Both the position numbers and the translations under genes were made by a program. The notes beneath the pieces were generated by a model. It had not been told where the DNA came from. It saw only the letters and a program-made list of their open reading frames with translations, and ran no database searches. A DNA stretch of 64,000 nucleotides from an uncultured virus (IMG/VR IMGVR_UViG_3300022928_000007). Lineage: Duplodnaviria; Heunggongvirae; Uroviricota; Caudoviricetes. Positions within the stretch are counted from its first letter, which is position 1, and each line of letters opens with the position of its first letter. Of the stretch, positions 10,050 through 22,352 are shown in pieces. The stretch lies in the IMG/VR virus record IMGVR_UViG_3300022928_000007, one strand, 5' to 3'.

Positions 10050-10573
10050 AAGATTTAAATAAAATATATCCACAACTAAGAAACCTTGATACTAACCTAA
10101 ATAATTTAGATGGTTGGTCATTATCCATAGAATGTTTTCATTGGATATATAACAATATTGAAAAAGGTTCAAACATTATTGAGATAGGTAGTGGACATGG
10201 TACTATGGAACTATCTAAACATTTCAACACTTACAGTTTAGAACATCAAGAAAGATTTACAAAGTTGGCTCGTAAGGCTAATTACATATTAACAGAATTA
10301 GTAGATGGTTGGTATGAACCTGAAATAGTTTTTAATTCTTTACCTGAAGAATATTCACTAATTATTGTTGATGGACCACCTAATTTAGGTCAAGAAAAAA
10401 CAAGAAATAATATTAAAAAATATTGGGACAGATTTGATACTTCAGTACCTATAATTATGGATGATACTCATAGAAAAGATGAGTATGACTTTGCTATTGA
10501 AACTGCAGAAGAATTAAATAAGGAGTGGACTCAATATGAAGGTTGGCAAAAAAACTTTATAGTTTTAACATAA
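10046..10573 (+). CDS. Class I SAM-dependent methyltransferase
   Basis: IIEIGSGHGT (motif I), SLEH, LIIVDGPP, IIMDD..R. Confidence 0.75.
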   Translation: MKDLNKIYPQLRNLDTNLNNLDGWSLSIECFHWIYNNIEKGSNIIEIGSGHGTMELSKHFNTYSLEHQERFTKLARKANYILTELVDGWYEPEIVFNSLPEEYSLIIVDGPPNLGQEKTRNNIKKYWDRFDTSVPIIMDDTHRKDEYDFAIETAEELNKEWTQYEGWQKNFIVLT

Positions 10574-12945
10574 TGATAGAATTAAAAAAAACAGATTACT
10601 TTAATGATGCATTACATTATTTAGGTAAAAAAGGTAAAAAACTTTTTACACTTAATATTGGTGCTATGGATGGTATAACATTCGATGAAATGTCGGGTTA
10701 CATAAAAATGTATAATTTTAAAGGATTGTATGTTGAACCTATACCGGTCTATTATGATTTATTAAAAGAAAATTATAGTGAGGGAGGTAATTTGTTTGAA
10801 AATTCGGCAATTTCCGATTATGACGGTGAAATAACGATGTTAACCATTGATAAGTCAGTAATTGACCAAGGGTTAGTACATCCAGCTTTTTTAGGTATGA
10901 GTGCAATTTACCCACCAAAGAATGGATTAGGTAGTGAGGGTGACCGTGAAGTTGTTAAAAAATATGGTAAAAAAATTACAGTACCCTGTATCACATTCGA
11001 TAACCTATTAAGTAAACATAATATAGAAAATTTTGATGTGGTTAAGATTGATGCTGAAGGTCATGATTACAATATATTTAAACAGATAGATTTAATAAAA
11101 TATAGACCAAAAGTAGTAAGAGCAGAATGGTCAAGTATTACAGATGAAGAAAAATCACAATTAATTACTCAATTAGATAATGCTAAATACATTTATGGTA
11201 TTGAGGCAGATGATATTGTCGGAATAACTGATGATTTATTTGATGAAATTTATAATAAAAAAGAAAAAATGAATAATAGTGGAGTTACAATAGTTACAGG
11301 TTTATGGGATATAAAAAGAGGAGAATTATCAGAAGGATGGTCACGTAATTATGATTATTACTTAGAAAAATTTTCACAACTATTAGAAATACCTAACAAC
11401 ATGATTATTTTTGGTGATGAAGATTTAAAAGAATTTGTCTTCCAACGAAGAAGTCATGAAAATACTCAATTTATAGTAAGACCTCAGAGTTGGTTTAAAG
11501 GAGAGTTCTATGAGCCGATTCAAAAAATAAGAACCGATGAAAAATGGTTCAATCAAGTAGGATGGTTGGCACATTCAACACAAGCTAAATTAGACTTATA
11601 TAATCCATTAGTTATGTCTAAACCTTACATCTTACATGATGCTAAGATTATGGATAAATTTAAGTCAACACACTTATTTTGGTTAGATGCTGGTATTACA
11701 AATACAGTACATAGTGGATATTTTATCAATGATAAGGTGTTAGATAAAATGAATACTGTTGATAAAATTACATTTATTGCTTTTCCTTATGAGACAAATA
11801 CTGAAATTCATGGGTTTGAATATAAAAAATTAAATGAATTAGCAACCAAAAAGGTTGAGAGAGTTTGTAGAGGAGGTTTTTTCGGTGGTCCAGTTGAAGA
11901 TATTGGTGATTTTAATATGGAGTATTATAATTTAATGAAAAGTACTTTAAATAACGGATATATGGGAACTGAAGAATCACTGTTTTCAATACTATTATAT
12001 AGATATCCTGAAAATTATCAGTACTTCCCAATAGATGGTAATGGTTTAATTAATAAGTTCTTTGAGGAAGTTAAAAATAATACTCACAAACCCCTAAGTG
12101 AATCTAAAATTAAAGTAATTAAGAATAAGTTAGATATTAATAAAACCGCACTTTATATAATAACATTTAATAGTCCTAATCAAGTTAAAACCTTAATTAA
12201 GTCTATGAAAGAATATGACGAGGATTTTATAAAAAAACCACAATGGATTTTATTAGATAATTCTACAGATTTAAGTACGACCCCTGAATATAAAAAAATA
12301 TGTGATGAATATGATATTATTCATGTTAAAAAAGACAATTTAGGTATTTGTGGTGGTAGACAATGGGTTGCGGAACATGCAGATGAGAATGGTTATGATT
12401 ATTATTTCTTTTTTGAGGACGATATGTTCTTTTATCCTAAAAAAGGTGAAGTTGGTAAAAACGGATTTAATAGATATGTTGAAGGTCTGTATTTAAAATC
12501 TTTACAAATAGCAAAGAAAAATAACTTTGATTTTTTAAAGTTATCTTTTACTGAATTCTATGGTGATAATAGAAATCAGTGGGCGTGGTATAACGTACCA
12601 CAAGATTTTAGAGAATCCCATTGGCCTGAGAAACCTAATCTTCCCGTCCAAGGACTAGACCCTAACGCACCTAAGACAAAAATCACTAAAATAGATTCAT
12701 TTGGAGGTATACCTTATGCTCATGGTGAAATTTACTATTGTAATTGGCCTCAAGTGGTTTCTAAACACGGTAATAAAAAAATGTTTTTAACTGAAAAATG
12801 GGTAAGACCTTTTGAACAAACATGGATGTCTTATATGTTTCAAGAAACCGTAAAAGGTAATATTAATCCAGGTATTTTACTACTTACACCAACAGAACAC
12901 GATAGATTTGACCACTATGACGGGAAATTAAGAAAAGAGTCTTAA
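10573..12945 (+). CDS. Fusion: FkbM methyltransferase + HtrL/WlaTC-like domain + GT-A glycosyltransferase
   Basis: NIGAMDG, VEP, KIDAEGHD (FkbM); TIVTGLWDI, FWLDAG, GGFFGG, GTEES (HtrL-like); LLDNS, NLGICGGR, FFEDD (GT2-like). Start ATG 10573. Confidence 0.8.
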   Translation: MIELKKTDYFNDALHYLGKKGKKLFTLNIGAMDGITFDEMSGYIKMYNFKGLYVEPIPVYYDLLKENYSEGGNLFENSAISDYDGEITMLTIDKSVIDQGLVHPAFLGMSAIYPPKNGLGSEGDREVVKKYGKKITVPCITFDNLLSKHNIENFDVVKIDAEGHDYNIFKQIDLIKYRPKVVRAEWSSITDEEKSQLITQLDNAKYIYGIEADDIVGITDDLFDEIYNKKEKMNNSGVTIVTGLWDIKRGELSEGWSRNYDYYLEKFSQLLEIPNNMIIFGDEDLKEFVFQRRSHENTQFIVRPQSWFKGEFYEPIQKIRTDEKWFNQVGWLAHSTQAKLDLYNPLVMSKPYILHDAKIMDKFKSTHLFWLDAGITNTVHSGYFINDKVLDKMNTVDKITFIAFPYETNTEIHGFEYKKLNELATKKVERVCRGGFFGGPVEDIGDFNMEYYNLMKSTLNNGYMGTEESLFSILLYRYPENYQYFPIDGNGLINKFFEEVKNNTHKPLSESKIKVIKNKLDINKTALYIITFNSPNQVKTLIKSMKEYDEDFIKKPQWILLDNSTDLSTTPEYKKICDEYDIIHVKKDNLGICGGRQWVAEHADENGYDYYFFFEDDMFFYPKKGEVGKNGFNRYVEGLYLKSLQIAKKNNFDFLKLSFTEFYGDNRNQWAWYNVPQDFRESHWPEKPNLPVQGLDPNAPKTKITKIDSFGGIPYAHGEIYYCNWPQVVSKHGNKKMFLTEKWVRPFEQTWMSYMFQETVKGNINPGILLLTPTEHDRFDHYDGKLRKES

Positions 12946-12974
12946 TAAAAAAGACACAAAATCGCATATGCGAT

Positions 12975-12982
12975 TATTTATA
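12975..12982 (+). promoter_or_regulatory. TATTTATA candidate late promoter
   Basis: Same 8-mer recurs just upstream of several structural-type genes. Confidence 0.45.
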
Positions 12983-13000
12983 TAGAAAGTATTTTGTTAT

Positions 13001-16000
13001 ATGGTAGGATATAAAGTAGGACAAAAAGTTTTATTACTTGATGGTACCCTTTTGAATATTGAAGATGTTCAAGAAGGTATGTTCCTGCAAACCATTGTTT
13101 TACCAAATGATAAAGACCATAAAGATTCTAAAAATTGGTCAAGTAAGGAAATAGAAGGGTTAGAATTTACATCTTCGGAAGTCAACAAAGTATCGACTGA
13201 AAATCAAGATTATATAACTATTAATGAATTATCTTTAAAGGATAAGGAGATTTTGGTTTATAATACAATAACCGAAGAGTTTCAATTTAAAAATGTTAAT
13301 GATTTATATATCGGTAATGACTATAAGTTAGTTAGAATCACAGATGATAGTATACTATTAGAAAACATTTATAACTACGAACAATCCACAGATGAACAAG
13401 ATTTAATCTCTATAAGTTTACACGGACCCTTTCATTATCTATTAGATGGATATGTAGTACATAATGTTGGTACTATATGTATTCAAAACTGTCAAAATAC
13501 TTCACTCATTGCTTGTATTAATAATACTAATAATTTAATCGCGGGTACTACAGGTTTTGTTGATGGTAATGGTTCTTGTTGGAGAGCAATAAGTGATTGT
13601 TTGAGTTGTACGCCTACACAAAGTTTTATAGGTTCAATCGCTTCCATATGGTTAGGGAATAGTTGCTTTAGTTGTCCTGGTGATTCTGGAACAACTCCTG
13701 TTGATAGTGGTGATATACAAATTCTTAGTGCACCTTGTAGGTTTAGATTACAAAAATGTTCATTGGATATAGGTGCAGGGTGTCCATCAGGTGAAGAACC
13801 TGGTTTATGTAGTTACCCTTTACATAATCAATGGGTAGAGTTGAATTCACCGTCTTTAGTACCATGTCCCCATATTGGTTCAGTGGTAAAAGTAAATAGT
13901 CCGGCACCAAATGACGACTGTTGTTATGTTGTTATCGATGTTGACGATAAGGCCGTACCTGTAGGAACTGTTCAAGTTACTCAAGTTTTTGAGGATTGTA
14001 CTGAATGTTGTGCAGACGGAGAAGTAACACCAACACCAACTGTTACCCCTACTCCTACACCAACGGTTAGTTATGGTAGGTATATTGCAGGCAAATGTTG
14101 TGACGAATCTTTTCTAATTGAAGTTAATGCACCTATAAATGTAGTTGCGGGTGCGACCTTTGTAATTAATGATGAATGTTATGAAATAATACAATCAGGA
14201 GGTAATGGAGGTATTATCGTAAATCCTGATAATGAAGTGGATTGTAAAACATGTGAAAAAGCATTCCCATGTTCTGAAGACCCAACACCGACACCAACGG
14301 TCACACCGACAATTACTCCCGAATCAAGTCCTGCCCCTACTGAAACCCCTACCCATACACCAACTATAACTCAAACTGTAACTCCAACCACAAGTGTTGA
14401 TTATAGAGAACTACAAATAAAAGATTGTTGTACTAATACACTGACTAAAGTAATATTATATCCTGATGCGCTTGCAGATGATGCTATTACTAATGGTCAT
14501 GTTTTCGTTATAGGTGGTTGTTGTTATTACGCAGCTAAGAGAGGTGGTTCAAGTCCTGTTGGTCAGTTTAGTACTTATGACTATGAAGATTGTGAGGAAT
14601 GTTATGAAAAAGAAAATGGTTGTAATAGTTGGGAGTTAGAATTAGAAGATTGTTGTGATTTTTCTACATTAACTATTAGAGTTACAGTGGCGTGTTTACC
14701 TGATGGTATTAAACCGAGTACTCAATACGGTGGTTTTATAACATGGAATGGAGATTGTTATAGAATTACTAATGAAACTGTCACAGCAACAGGTAATGAC
14801 GGTGAAGTTGGTCCTGACGATTTCTTTTCCAGTTGTGAGTCTTGTGGTACGTGTCCAACACCGACAGTTACAGTAACACCAACCGTTACAGTTACCCCTA
14901 CAAATACACCTACCTCTACGGCTGAAGCTACACCAACACCTAAACCTACTAATACTCCACCAAACACCCCACCTGTGACACCAACTAATACTCCAACACA
15001 AACTGCTGAAGTAACATCAACCCCAACTGAAACGCCTACTAATACCCCAACATTTACTCCTACTAACACTCCAACAGTAACCGCAGAGGTAACTGTTACT
15101 CCTACTGAAACTCCAACTAATACTCCTACAGTAACTGCTGAGGTAACGTCTACACCAACGGAGACCCCGACTAATACTCCTAAACCGACTGAAACACCAA
15201 CAGAAACACCAACTAATACTCCTACTCAAACTGCTGAGGTTACAACTACCCCTACAGAAACCCCAACTAATACGCCAACTCAGACGGCGGAAGTTACAAC
15301 TACACCTACAGAAACCCCAACTAATACTCCTACTAATACTCCTAAACCGACTGAAACACCAACAGAAACTCCAACTAATACTCCAACGCAAACTGCGGAA
15401 GTCACTAGTACGCCTACAGAAACCCCAACTAATACGCCAACTCAGACTGCGGAAGTAACATCAACACCTACAGAGACCCCTACTAATACTCCGACACAAA
15501 CTCCACCTGTCACTCCAACTAACACACCAACGAACACACCTACTAATACTCCAACTATAACTGCAGAAGTCACGGTAACTCCGACTGAAACACCTACAGA
15601 AACTCCAACCAATACTCCAACTCAAACTGCTGAGGTTACAACAACGCCAACTGAGACTCCAACTAATACACCTACTCAAACTGCTGAAGTAACATCAACA
15701 CCTACTCAAACTCCTACTAATACCCCAACAGGAACACCACCTGTTACTCCTACTAATACACCAACTGAGACTCCAACTAATACACCTACTCAAACTGCGG
15801 AAGTCACTATAACGCCTACTGTAACTCCAACTAACACTCCAACTGTTACTGCTGAAGTTACTCTTACTCCAACTGAAACACCGACTAATACTCCTACTCA
15901 GACTGCAGAAGTCACTAGTACCCCTACGGAAACTCCAACTAATACTCCAACAGAAACACCACCTGTAACTCCAACTAATACTCCTACTCAGACTGCAGAA

Positions 16001-19000
16001 GTCACTAGTACTCCTACAGAAACTCCTACTAACACACCTACAGGGACTGCTGAGGTTACCACAACGCCTACTGTAACTCCAACTAATACTCCTACTCAGA
16101 CTGCAGAAGTAACTAGTACCCCTACAGAAACTCCTACTAACACACCTACAGAAACTCCGACTAATACACCAACAGGTACACCGGGAACAACTCCTACTAA
16201 CACTCCTACTCAAACAGCTGAAGTAACATCAACCCCAACTGAAACGCCTACTAATACTCCGACACAAACTGCAGAGATTACAACAACACCAACTGAGACT
16301 CCAACTAATACTCCTACAATAACTGCTGAAGTCACAACTACTCCGACTGTAACTCCAACTAATACTCCTACTCAAACAGCAGAAGTTACCACAACTCCAA
16401 CGGTTACTCCTACTAACACCCCTACTCAAACTGCTGAAGTCACAACTACTCCGACTGTAACTCCAACTAATACTCCTACTCAAACAGCAGAAGTTACCAC
16501 AACTCCAACGGTTACTCCTACTAACACCCCTACTCAAACTGCTGAAGTCACAACTACTCCGACTGTAACTCCAACTAATACTCCTACTCAAACTGCAGAG
16601 GTAACATCAACACCAACAGTTACACCTACTAATACTCCAACTCAAACCGCTGAAGTCACATCAACTCCAACTGAAACCCCTACTAATACTCCAACTCAAA
16701 CTGCAGAAATTACAACTACTCCGACAGAAACTCCTACTAATACTCCTACTATTAGTCCAACTTTAACTCCAACAGGTACACCGGGAACCACACCTACTAA
16801 CACGCCAACTGTAACTGCAGAGGTAACTGTTACTCCAACAGAAACCCCAACTAATACGCCAACTCAGACTGCGGAAGTTACTATTACCCCTACGGAAACT
16901 CCAACCAATACTCCAACTCAAACTGCTGAAGTAACATCAACACCAACGGTTACTCCAACCAATACTCCTACAGAGACTCCAACCAATACTCCTACTAGTA
17001 CTCCTGAAGTTACTACTACCCCTACAGGTACACCAGGAACTACACCAACTAATACGCCTACAACAACTGCTGAGGTGACATCCACTCCAACGGTTACTCC
17101 TACTAATACTCCTACTCAGACTGCGGAAGTTACAACTACTCCGACAGAAACTCCTACTAATACTCCTACTCAAACTGCTGAAGTAACATCAACACCAACA
17201 GTTACACCTACTAATACTCCAACTAATACATTGACTTCTACCCCAACGGGTACACCGGGAACCACACCTACTAACACGCCAACTCAGACTGCAGAAATAA
17301 CATCTACTCCAACGGTTACTCCAACTAATACTCCAACTGTTACCGCTGAAGTTACTCTAACACCAACTGAAACGCCTACTAATACTCCGACAGGAACTGC
17401 TGAGGTTACATCAACTCCTACTGTAACTCCAACAAATACCCCTACAAATACTTTGACCAACACTCCTACAGGTACACCAGGAACTACACCAACAAATACA
17501 CCTACAACAACTGCAGAAATTACGTCAACACCAACGGTTACTCCAACTAATACTCCAACTGTTACCGCTGAAGTTACTCTAACCCCAACTGAAACACCAA
17601 CTAATACTCCAACGCAAACTGCGGAAGTAACGAGTACACCTACTGTCACACCGACTAATACTCCTACTAATACTTTGACTAATACTCCTACGAGTACGCC
17701 AGGAACTACACCAACAAATACACCTACAGTAACTGCTGAGGTAACGAGTACACCAACTGTTACGGTAACTAACACTCCTAGTGGTACGGCTCAGGTTTCT
17801 AGTACCCCTACAGTGACTCCAACAAATACTCCAACATTAACTCCGACTATTACTCCTACTGATACTCCAGGGGCAAGTGTTACACCAACACCAACAATAA
17901 CTGATACTCCAACAGAAACACCGACCAACACACCAACACAAACATTAACACCATCACCAACGCCACCAGAACCTTCTTCAGGATGTACTGCAGTTATAAC
18001 AACAGGTACAACTACTACATCAACACCGACACCTACTCCAACATTAACACCAACACCACAGCCAGGTACACCTGTTGGTGGTGAAGTTACATTTATAATT
18101 GATGAGGGTTATTTTGATTGTGGTGAAGTTGCAAAATTAATTAACTGTAACCCCAATGAAAAAGACCAAGAATTTTATGTAACACTTCCAATAAGTTATA
18201 GTGGGGGTACAATAACTTCAGGTACTACATTTAATGGTACTATTGATACTATTGAAAGGTGTTTAACATTTGTGGAGGAAATTGAAGGTTCATCTACCCA
18301 TATATTAACCTCAGTTAATAGTGTTGATGCGGATTGTAATGATTGTCAGACACCTGACCCAACGCCAACACCTAATATAATAAGTGTTTTTGAAAAATGT
18401 GGAGAGATTGGTTGTGTTGAAAATGATATAACATTTGGTGAACTAACTAACCCAGAAGATATTGTGAATAATTGGACACGATTCTCATATTTTGCAAGTC
18501 ATATATTCCCTGGTACAAATCAAGAAAGTGGGTTACAACCTAACGGAACTATAATCACTAATGACCCACAGTATTATTTCTATACGGGAGTAACTAATAC
18601 AAAATATTTAGGTGTTTATAATACAAACATGGTAGAAGGACAAAATACTGGACCTGCCGGATTAGCAGCCCCATTCGGATGTACAGGATGTAATGCAGGG
18701 GGTGATAATGGTAAATTTTATTTTAACACAACGATAAATAAGTTTGTGGTTTGGTGGAATGTTGGTCAACCAGGGTGGGCTTGGACAACATTTAATCCAA
18801 CAGTTAATTTAGGTCAGGCTTTGGGTAACCCAACAGCCTCACAATTATTAACCACGTCAACTAATTGGAATGTACCACTTTTAACTAGTGGAGTAGGACA
18901 AACTAAATATACTGTTTCAGGTTCTTCAAATACAGTAGTCGGGGCTATTGCCAAAATAACTAACGCTGGAGGTGTCCCTAAGATGATTGAGTGTTCACAA

Positions 19001-20182
19001 AACAGTGGGTTAAACAATGGATTTTATTCAACATGTGGATTTAGTAATTATACTCATGAGGTTACAGTCGGAAGTACCGCAAACGATAATGATAATATTG
19101 GAATTGTTTTATCAACTATAAAAGATGATGAAGGTTTATATGGCCCTTCAGGTTCTACACAATCATTATTATTAAACTTTAATTCACAATATGATAGAGC
19201 GACTATAACCTATAATAGTAATGATAAAACATTGGCGTTTACTGATGGTACTGACTTTTCTTCATCAGTATGGCAAGGAACATCACCTTTCTCAGGTGAC
19301 TCAAATAATTTAGGAACCCCAACGTACAATTTTTATTCAAAACAAGGTGATGTAAGAGTTAAGATTATTAAAACGGGAACAACAATAACTATATTTACCA
19401 CTAAAATGATGGGTGATACTAGTACTATATTACCTCAGTGTACTGATTGTGTGGAGCCTGGAGACCCTAACCCATATACTCAGTTAGTTTCTATAGACCT
19501 AAATGATGTAAATACTTGGACCGCGGCACCTGCTTACGCCACAGGTAATGAATTAATTAAATTTGCGAATAAAGGTAAGATTGGATATCATACATATTCT
19601 CAACCAAAAACCCAATTTTATGATATTATATTCTCAGGTTCACAATTAACAAATACAGATACATTATACGGAATAAATGTTAATAATCCTGGAGCTAATA
19701 ACGTATCTACATTTAATGAGGTACCGGGATGTTGGGAATATATACAAGATATCACGGGATACACTGGTAGTACATATTCATTAACATTAGATACGGGTTA
19801 TCCAACATGTACTCAATGTCCAACAGATAATCAACCTTTACCTTCACCAACACCACAACCTTCACCAACACCAACAGTACAGTATTCTTCATTGGGTACT
19901 TTCTTTGGTCTTCATGGGGGTGGTTCATCACAACCATGTGGAGCATTTAATGGTGGAAATGTACCATCTACAGAATATTTTACAGATGTAACCCCAGTCG
20001 CATTTTCAGGATGTCCGACAGGTAATTCTGTATATACTTATAATAGTTTTTCAGGAAATTATCAGTTAATTGGTAATGGAGCCTTTGTTTCAAGTGCGGG
20101 ATGTGCATATAATGTTAGTGGAGGTGTCGTTACATCATTCTCGCCATGTACGAATGGTGATTGTGGTCCGACAAGTTGTTAA
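13001..20182 (+). CDS. Giant mucin-like protein: N-terminal Hint domain, Cys-rich modules, ~1000-aa Thr/Pro stalk, lectin-like C-terminal region
   Basis: 2393 aa; Hint motifs at aa 3-155 ending VVHN; CC/CxxC modules; [18 protein letters not shown] repeats; DNDNIGIVL and [10 protein letters not shown] resemble the thrombospondin C-terminal/ConA-like fold. Confidence 0.75.
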   Translation: MVGYKVGQKVLLLDGTLLNIEDVQEGMFLQTIVLPNDKDHKDSKNWSSKEIEGLEFTSSEVNKVSTENQDYITINELSLKDKEILVYNTITEEFQFKNVNDLYIGNDYKLVRITDDSILLENIYNYEQSTDEQDLISISLHGPFHYLLDGYVVHNVGTICIQNCQNTSLIACINNTNNLIAGTTGFVDGNGSCWRAISDCLSCTPTQSFIGSIASIWLGNSCFSCPGDSGTTPVDSGDIQILSAPCRFRLQKCSLDIGAGCPSGEEPGLCSYPLHNQWVELNSPSLVPCPHIGSVVKVNSPAPNDDCCYVVIDVDDKAVPVGTVQVTQVFEDCTECCADGEVTPTPTVTPTPTPTVSYGRYIAGKCCDESFLIEVNAPINVVAGATFVINDECYEIIQSGGNGGIIVNPDNEVDCKTCEKAFPCSEDPTPTPTVTPTITPESSPAPTETPTHTPTITQTVTPTTSVDYRELQIKDCCTNTLTKVILYPDALADDAITNGHVFVIGGCCYYAAKRGGSSPVGQFSTYDYEDCEECYEKENGCNSWELELEDCCDFSTLTIRVTVACLPDGIKPSTQYGGFITWNGDCYRITNETVTATGNDGEVGPDDFFSSCESCGTCPTPTVTVTPTVTVTPTNTPTSTAEATPTPKPTNTPPNTPPVTPTNTPTQTAEVTSTPTETPTNTPTFTPTNTPTVTAEVTVTPTETPTNTPTVTAEVTSTPTETPTNTPKPTETPTETPTNTPTQTAEVTTTPTETPTNTPTQTAEVTTTPTETPTNTPTNTPKPTETPTETPTNTPTQTAEVTSTPTETPTNTPTQTAEVTSTPTETPTNTPTQTPPVTPTNTPTNTPTNTPTITAEVTVTPTETPTETPTNTPTQTAEVTTTPTETPTNTPTQTAEVTSTPTQTPTNTPTGTPPVTPTNTPTETPTNTPTQTAEVTITPTVTPTNTPTVTAEVTLTPTETPTNTPTQTAEVTSTPTETPTNTPTETPPVTPTNTPTQTAEVTSTPTETPTNTPTGTAEVTTTPTVTPTNTPTQTAEVTSTPTETPTNTPTETPTNTPTGTPGTTPTNTPTQTAEVTSTPTETPTNTPTQTAEITTTPTETPTNTPTITAEVTTTPTVTPTNTPTQTAEVTTTPTVTPTNTPTQTAEVTTTPTVTPTNTPTQTAEVTTTPTVTPTNTPTQTAEVTTTPTVTPTNTPTQTAEVTSTPTVTPTNTPTQTAEVTSTPTETPTNTPTQTAEITTTPTETPTNTPTISPTLTPTGTPGTTPTNTPTVTAEVTVTPTETPTNTPTQTAEVTITPTETPTNTPTQTAEVTSTPTVTPTNTPTETPTNTPTSTPEVTTTPTGTPGTTPTNTPTTTAEVTSTPTVTPTNTPTQTAEVTTTPTETPTNTPTQTAEVTSTPTVTPTNTPTNTLTSTPTGTPGTTPTNTPTQTAEITSTPTVTPTNTPTVTAEVTLTPTETPTNTPTGTAEVTSTPTVTPTNTPTNTLTNTPTGTPGTTPTNTPTTTAEITSTPTVTPTNTPTVTAEVTLTPTETPTNTPTQTAEVTSTPTVTPTNTPTNTLTNTPTSTPGTTPTNTPTVTAEVTSTPTVTVTNTPSGTAQVSSTPTVTPTNTPTLTPTITPTDTPGASVTPTPTITDTPTETPTNTPTQTLTPSPTPPEPSSGCTAVITTGTTTTSTPTPTPTLTPTPQPGTPVGGEVTFIIDEGYFDCGEVAKLINCNPNEKDQEFYVTLPISYSGGTITSGTTFNGTIDTIERCLTFVEEIEGSSTHILTSVNSVDADCNDCQTPDPTPTPNIISVFEKCGEIGCVENDITFGELTNPEDIVNNWTRFSYFASHIFPGTNQESGLQPNGTIITNDPQYYFYTGVTNTKYLGVYNTNMVEGQNTGPAGLAAPFGCTGCNAGGDNGKFYFNTTINKFVVWWNVGQPGWAWTTFNPTVNLGQALGNPTASQLLTTSTNWNVPLLTSGVGQTKYTVSGSSNTVVGAIAKITNAGGVPKMIECSQNSGLNNGFYSTCGFSNYTHEVTVGSTANDNDNIGIVLSTIKDDEGLYGPSGSTQSLLLNFNSQYDRATITYNSNDKTLAFTDGTDFSSSVWQGTSPFSGDSNNLGTPTYNFYSKQGDVRVKIIKTGTTITIFTTKMMGDTSTILPQCTDCVEPGDPNPYTQLVSIDLNDVNTWTAAPAYATGNELIKFANKGKIGYHTYSQPKTQFYDIIFSGSQLTNTDTLYGINVNNPGANNVSTFNEVPGCWEYIQDITGYTGSTYSLTLDTGYPTCTQCPTDNQPLPSPTPQPSPTPTVQYSSLGTFFGLHGGGSSQPCGAFNGGNVPSTEYFTDVTPVAFSGCPTGNSVYTYNSFSGNYQLIGNGAFVSSAGCAYNVSGGVVTSFSPCTNGDCGPTSC
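14855..18070 (+). repeat. Coding Thr/Pro tandem repeat array (12- and 54-bp based units)
   Basis: Continuous PT(N/E/V/Q)T tetrapeptides and 18-aa [13 protein letters not shown](S/T)TPT(E/V) units. Confidence 0.95.
16321..16593 (+). repeat. Exact 108-bp tandem repeat, ~2.5 copies
   Basis: Unit starting aactgctgaagtcacaactactccgactgt recurs at 16321, 16429 and 16537. Confidence 0.9.
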
Positions 20183-20272
20183 AATTTAAACTAAAATGAA
20201 TAAAAAAAGAAAGATACTTATAATAAAATAACATGTTCACTTAACAATCGGAGTGATTATAATATATAAAAT

Positions 20273-22336
20273 ATGACAAATGTAACAATAAATACGGCAT
20301 CAGGAACACCACCATTTAATATATGGATGGCAAATGATTGTACCCCTAATGCGACTACATTATTTGTTGATACAGTTACTGTATTTCCATATACTTTTAC
20401 TGTACCTACACCGTATCAAAATGTACCATTTTGTGTTAAGTTAATTGATAGTGATAATTGTGAGGTTTGTGAATGTTTTGGTTTTGGTCCAACTCCAACA
20501 CCATCAGTTACTGCTACTGTTACTCCTACAAACACTAACACTCCTACACCTACACCAACTGTTACTCCATCAGGTCCATGTCCAACTCCGACCTATTATT
20601 ACGGTTCATTTACAGGAAACGGATTTACAGATAGTGCGACATATACCTTATCTACTATATTACATAACGGAAGAGCTCAATGGGTGTCACCTAATAATGG
20701 GTCTATACAATGGACGGGAAATAGATGGGAAGTAACAGGATGGAATTTGGCTACATTAATATTTTATAATCTTAACCCCACTCCTAATTCACCCGATACG
20801 GTTAATTGGAACTATCAAGGATGTTTCCGAGGATTCACATGTGCAGTATCATTTACCTCAAGTGGATGTGGTTACCCAACACCAACACCAACATCTACTG
20901 CCACAGAGACGCCGACAGTTACACCTACTATAACTGATACTCCTTCTATTACTCCAACTAATACCCCTACTATTACTCAAACTGCAACACCAACTAACAC
21001 TGCAGGTGTAAGTGCAACTCCAACTCCAACTAATACTTTAACACCAACAGTAACAGCTGAGGTTACTCCTACCATAACTTCAACTATTACTGCAACACCG
21101 ACTCAGACTCCTGAATCTACCCCTGGTACCACACCTACTAACACTCCTACAGTAACGGCTGAAGTTACGTCTACACCAACAGAAACACCTACTAATACTC
21201 CTACTCAAACTCCTGAATCTACTCCAGGTGTTACACCTACTAATACACCAACGGTAACTGCTGAGGTAACGTTGACACCGACTCAAACTCCTGATGTTAC
21301 ACCTACTAATACTCCTACAGTAACTGCTGAAATAACACGAACACCAACAGAAACACCTACAAATACACCAACAAGAACCCCTAAAGAAACTCTTACACCT
21401 ACTCCGACTCCTGAGTCTACACCAAATCCTACAGATACGCCAACTAATACACCAGAGGTGACACCGACTAATACTCAAACACAAACGCCTGAAGTCACTT
21501 CAACACCTACTAATACACCTGTAGTAACCCCTACAAGTACTCAAACTCCTACACCTACTAATGCCACTATATCGACATATATTGCATGTGCAGCAGACGC
21601 TACACCTAGTACAGGTGATTTAATGGTTGCACCAACATCTTTCAATACTACAGTAACTGATGCTGATTTTGTCGAGTTTGAATTTACAATTACAAATGTT
21701 CAAAACCAAACATTTACTATTACCGAATGTTACAAAAAAATTGATTATGATGAATCACAATCAATACTCAATCCAACTATAAGTGCTATTAATAGTGACT
21801 GTAGTAATGGTACTAAATGTGAAGTAGTACATGTATTGGCTGAAGGTTGTACTGGTGGAAAAAATATAATAGTACAAATGGGAACGGCTTACGCAGCCAC
21901 ATTAGTGAGTGGTGATACTTTAAGTGCGGCTAGATTAGCGGGAATTGCATCAGTCGCGACTCCGATTATACAGACTCAAGGTACTAATACTTGTTATACT
22001 TTAGGTGGTAAGACTAGTGTTATAACTACTAGTCAAAATAATAATTCTACGGGTGTTGATTGGACTGATACATCAAATAGAACAGCAGTCGTGACTAATT
22101 GTTCAGACAATTATTGCGGTTGTAAAACAGGATTTACAGTTCTAAATTCTAGTAGTTCACCAATAACACTAAACGCTAAAGTTTGTGCGGGTGACACAAT
22201 TCAATTAACTATTCCAGCTTCAGGTGAATTAACTGTTAATGATTGTATAAACATGAATGCTTTTTGGGTGGCAGTATTAAGTAGTGGTAGTACATCGTTT
22301 ATCACTATTGGACCCGGAACTTATAACGACTGTTAA
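20273..22336 (+). CDS. Second mucin-like Thr/Pro, Cys-rich putative virion protein
   Basis: 687 aa; Cys-rich N-terminal module (GTPPFNIW...[10 protein letters not shown]), TPT stalk ~20875-21570, Cys-rich C-terminus. Confidence 0.7.
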   Translation: MTNVTINTASGTPPFNIWMANDCTPNATTLFVDTVTVFPYTFTVPTPYQNVPFCVKLIDSDNCEVCECFGFGPTPTPSVTATVTPTNTNTPTPTPTVTPSGPCPTPTYYYGSFTGNGFTDSATYTLSTILHNGRAQWVSPNNGSIQWTGNRWEVTGWNLATLIFYNLNPTPNSPDTVNWNYQGCFRGFTCAVSFTSSGCGYPTPTPTSTATETPTVTPTITDTPSITPTNTPTITQTATPTNTAGVSATPTPTNTLTPTVTAEVTPTITSTITATPTQTPESTPGTTPTNTPTVTAEVTSTPTETPTNTPTQTPESTPGVTPTNTPTVTAEVTLTPTQTPDVTPTNTPTVTAEITRTPTETPTNTPTRTPKETLTPTPTPESTPNPTDTPTNTPEVTPTNTQTQTPEVTSTPTNTPVVTPTSTQTPTPTNATISTYIACAADATPSTGDLMVAPTSFNTTVTDADFVEFEFTITNVQNQTFTITECYKKIDYDESQSILNPTISAINSDCSNGTKCEVVHVLAEGCTGGKNIIVQMGTAYAATLVSGDTLSAARLAGIASVATPIIQTQGTNTCYTLGGKTSVITTSQNNNSTGVDWTDTSNRTAVVTNCSDNYCGCKTGFTVLNSSSSPITLNAKVCAGDTIQLTIPASGELTVNDCINMNAFWVAVLSSGSTSFITIGPGTYNDC

Positions 22337-22352
22337 TTAAAAAATAAATAAA

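Noticed and set aside
13001..13465. Canonical splicing intein
   Set aside because: No Cys1, no evident TxxH, no N-extein, +1 residue is Val and there is no endonuclease; kept only as a Hint cleavage domain.
14855..18070. Possible CRISPR array or non-coding repeat
   Set aside because: Repeats are in-frame, synonymous-variable and lack unique spacers; no cas genes. The PD-(D/E)XK nuclease lacks the Cas4 Cys cluster.
14696..21484. Many minus-strand ORFs (SRSISWS.. and VGVLVGV.. types)
   Set aside because: Antisense shadows of the Thr/Pro repeat codons; no independent coding signal.
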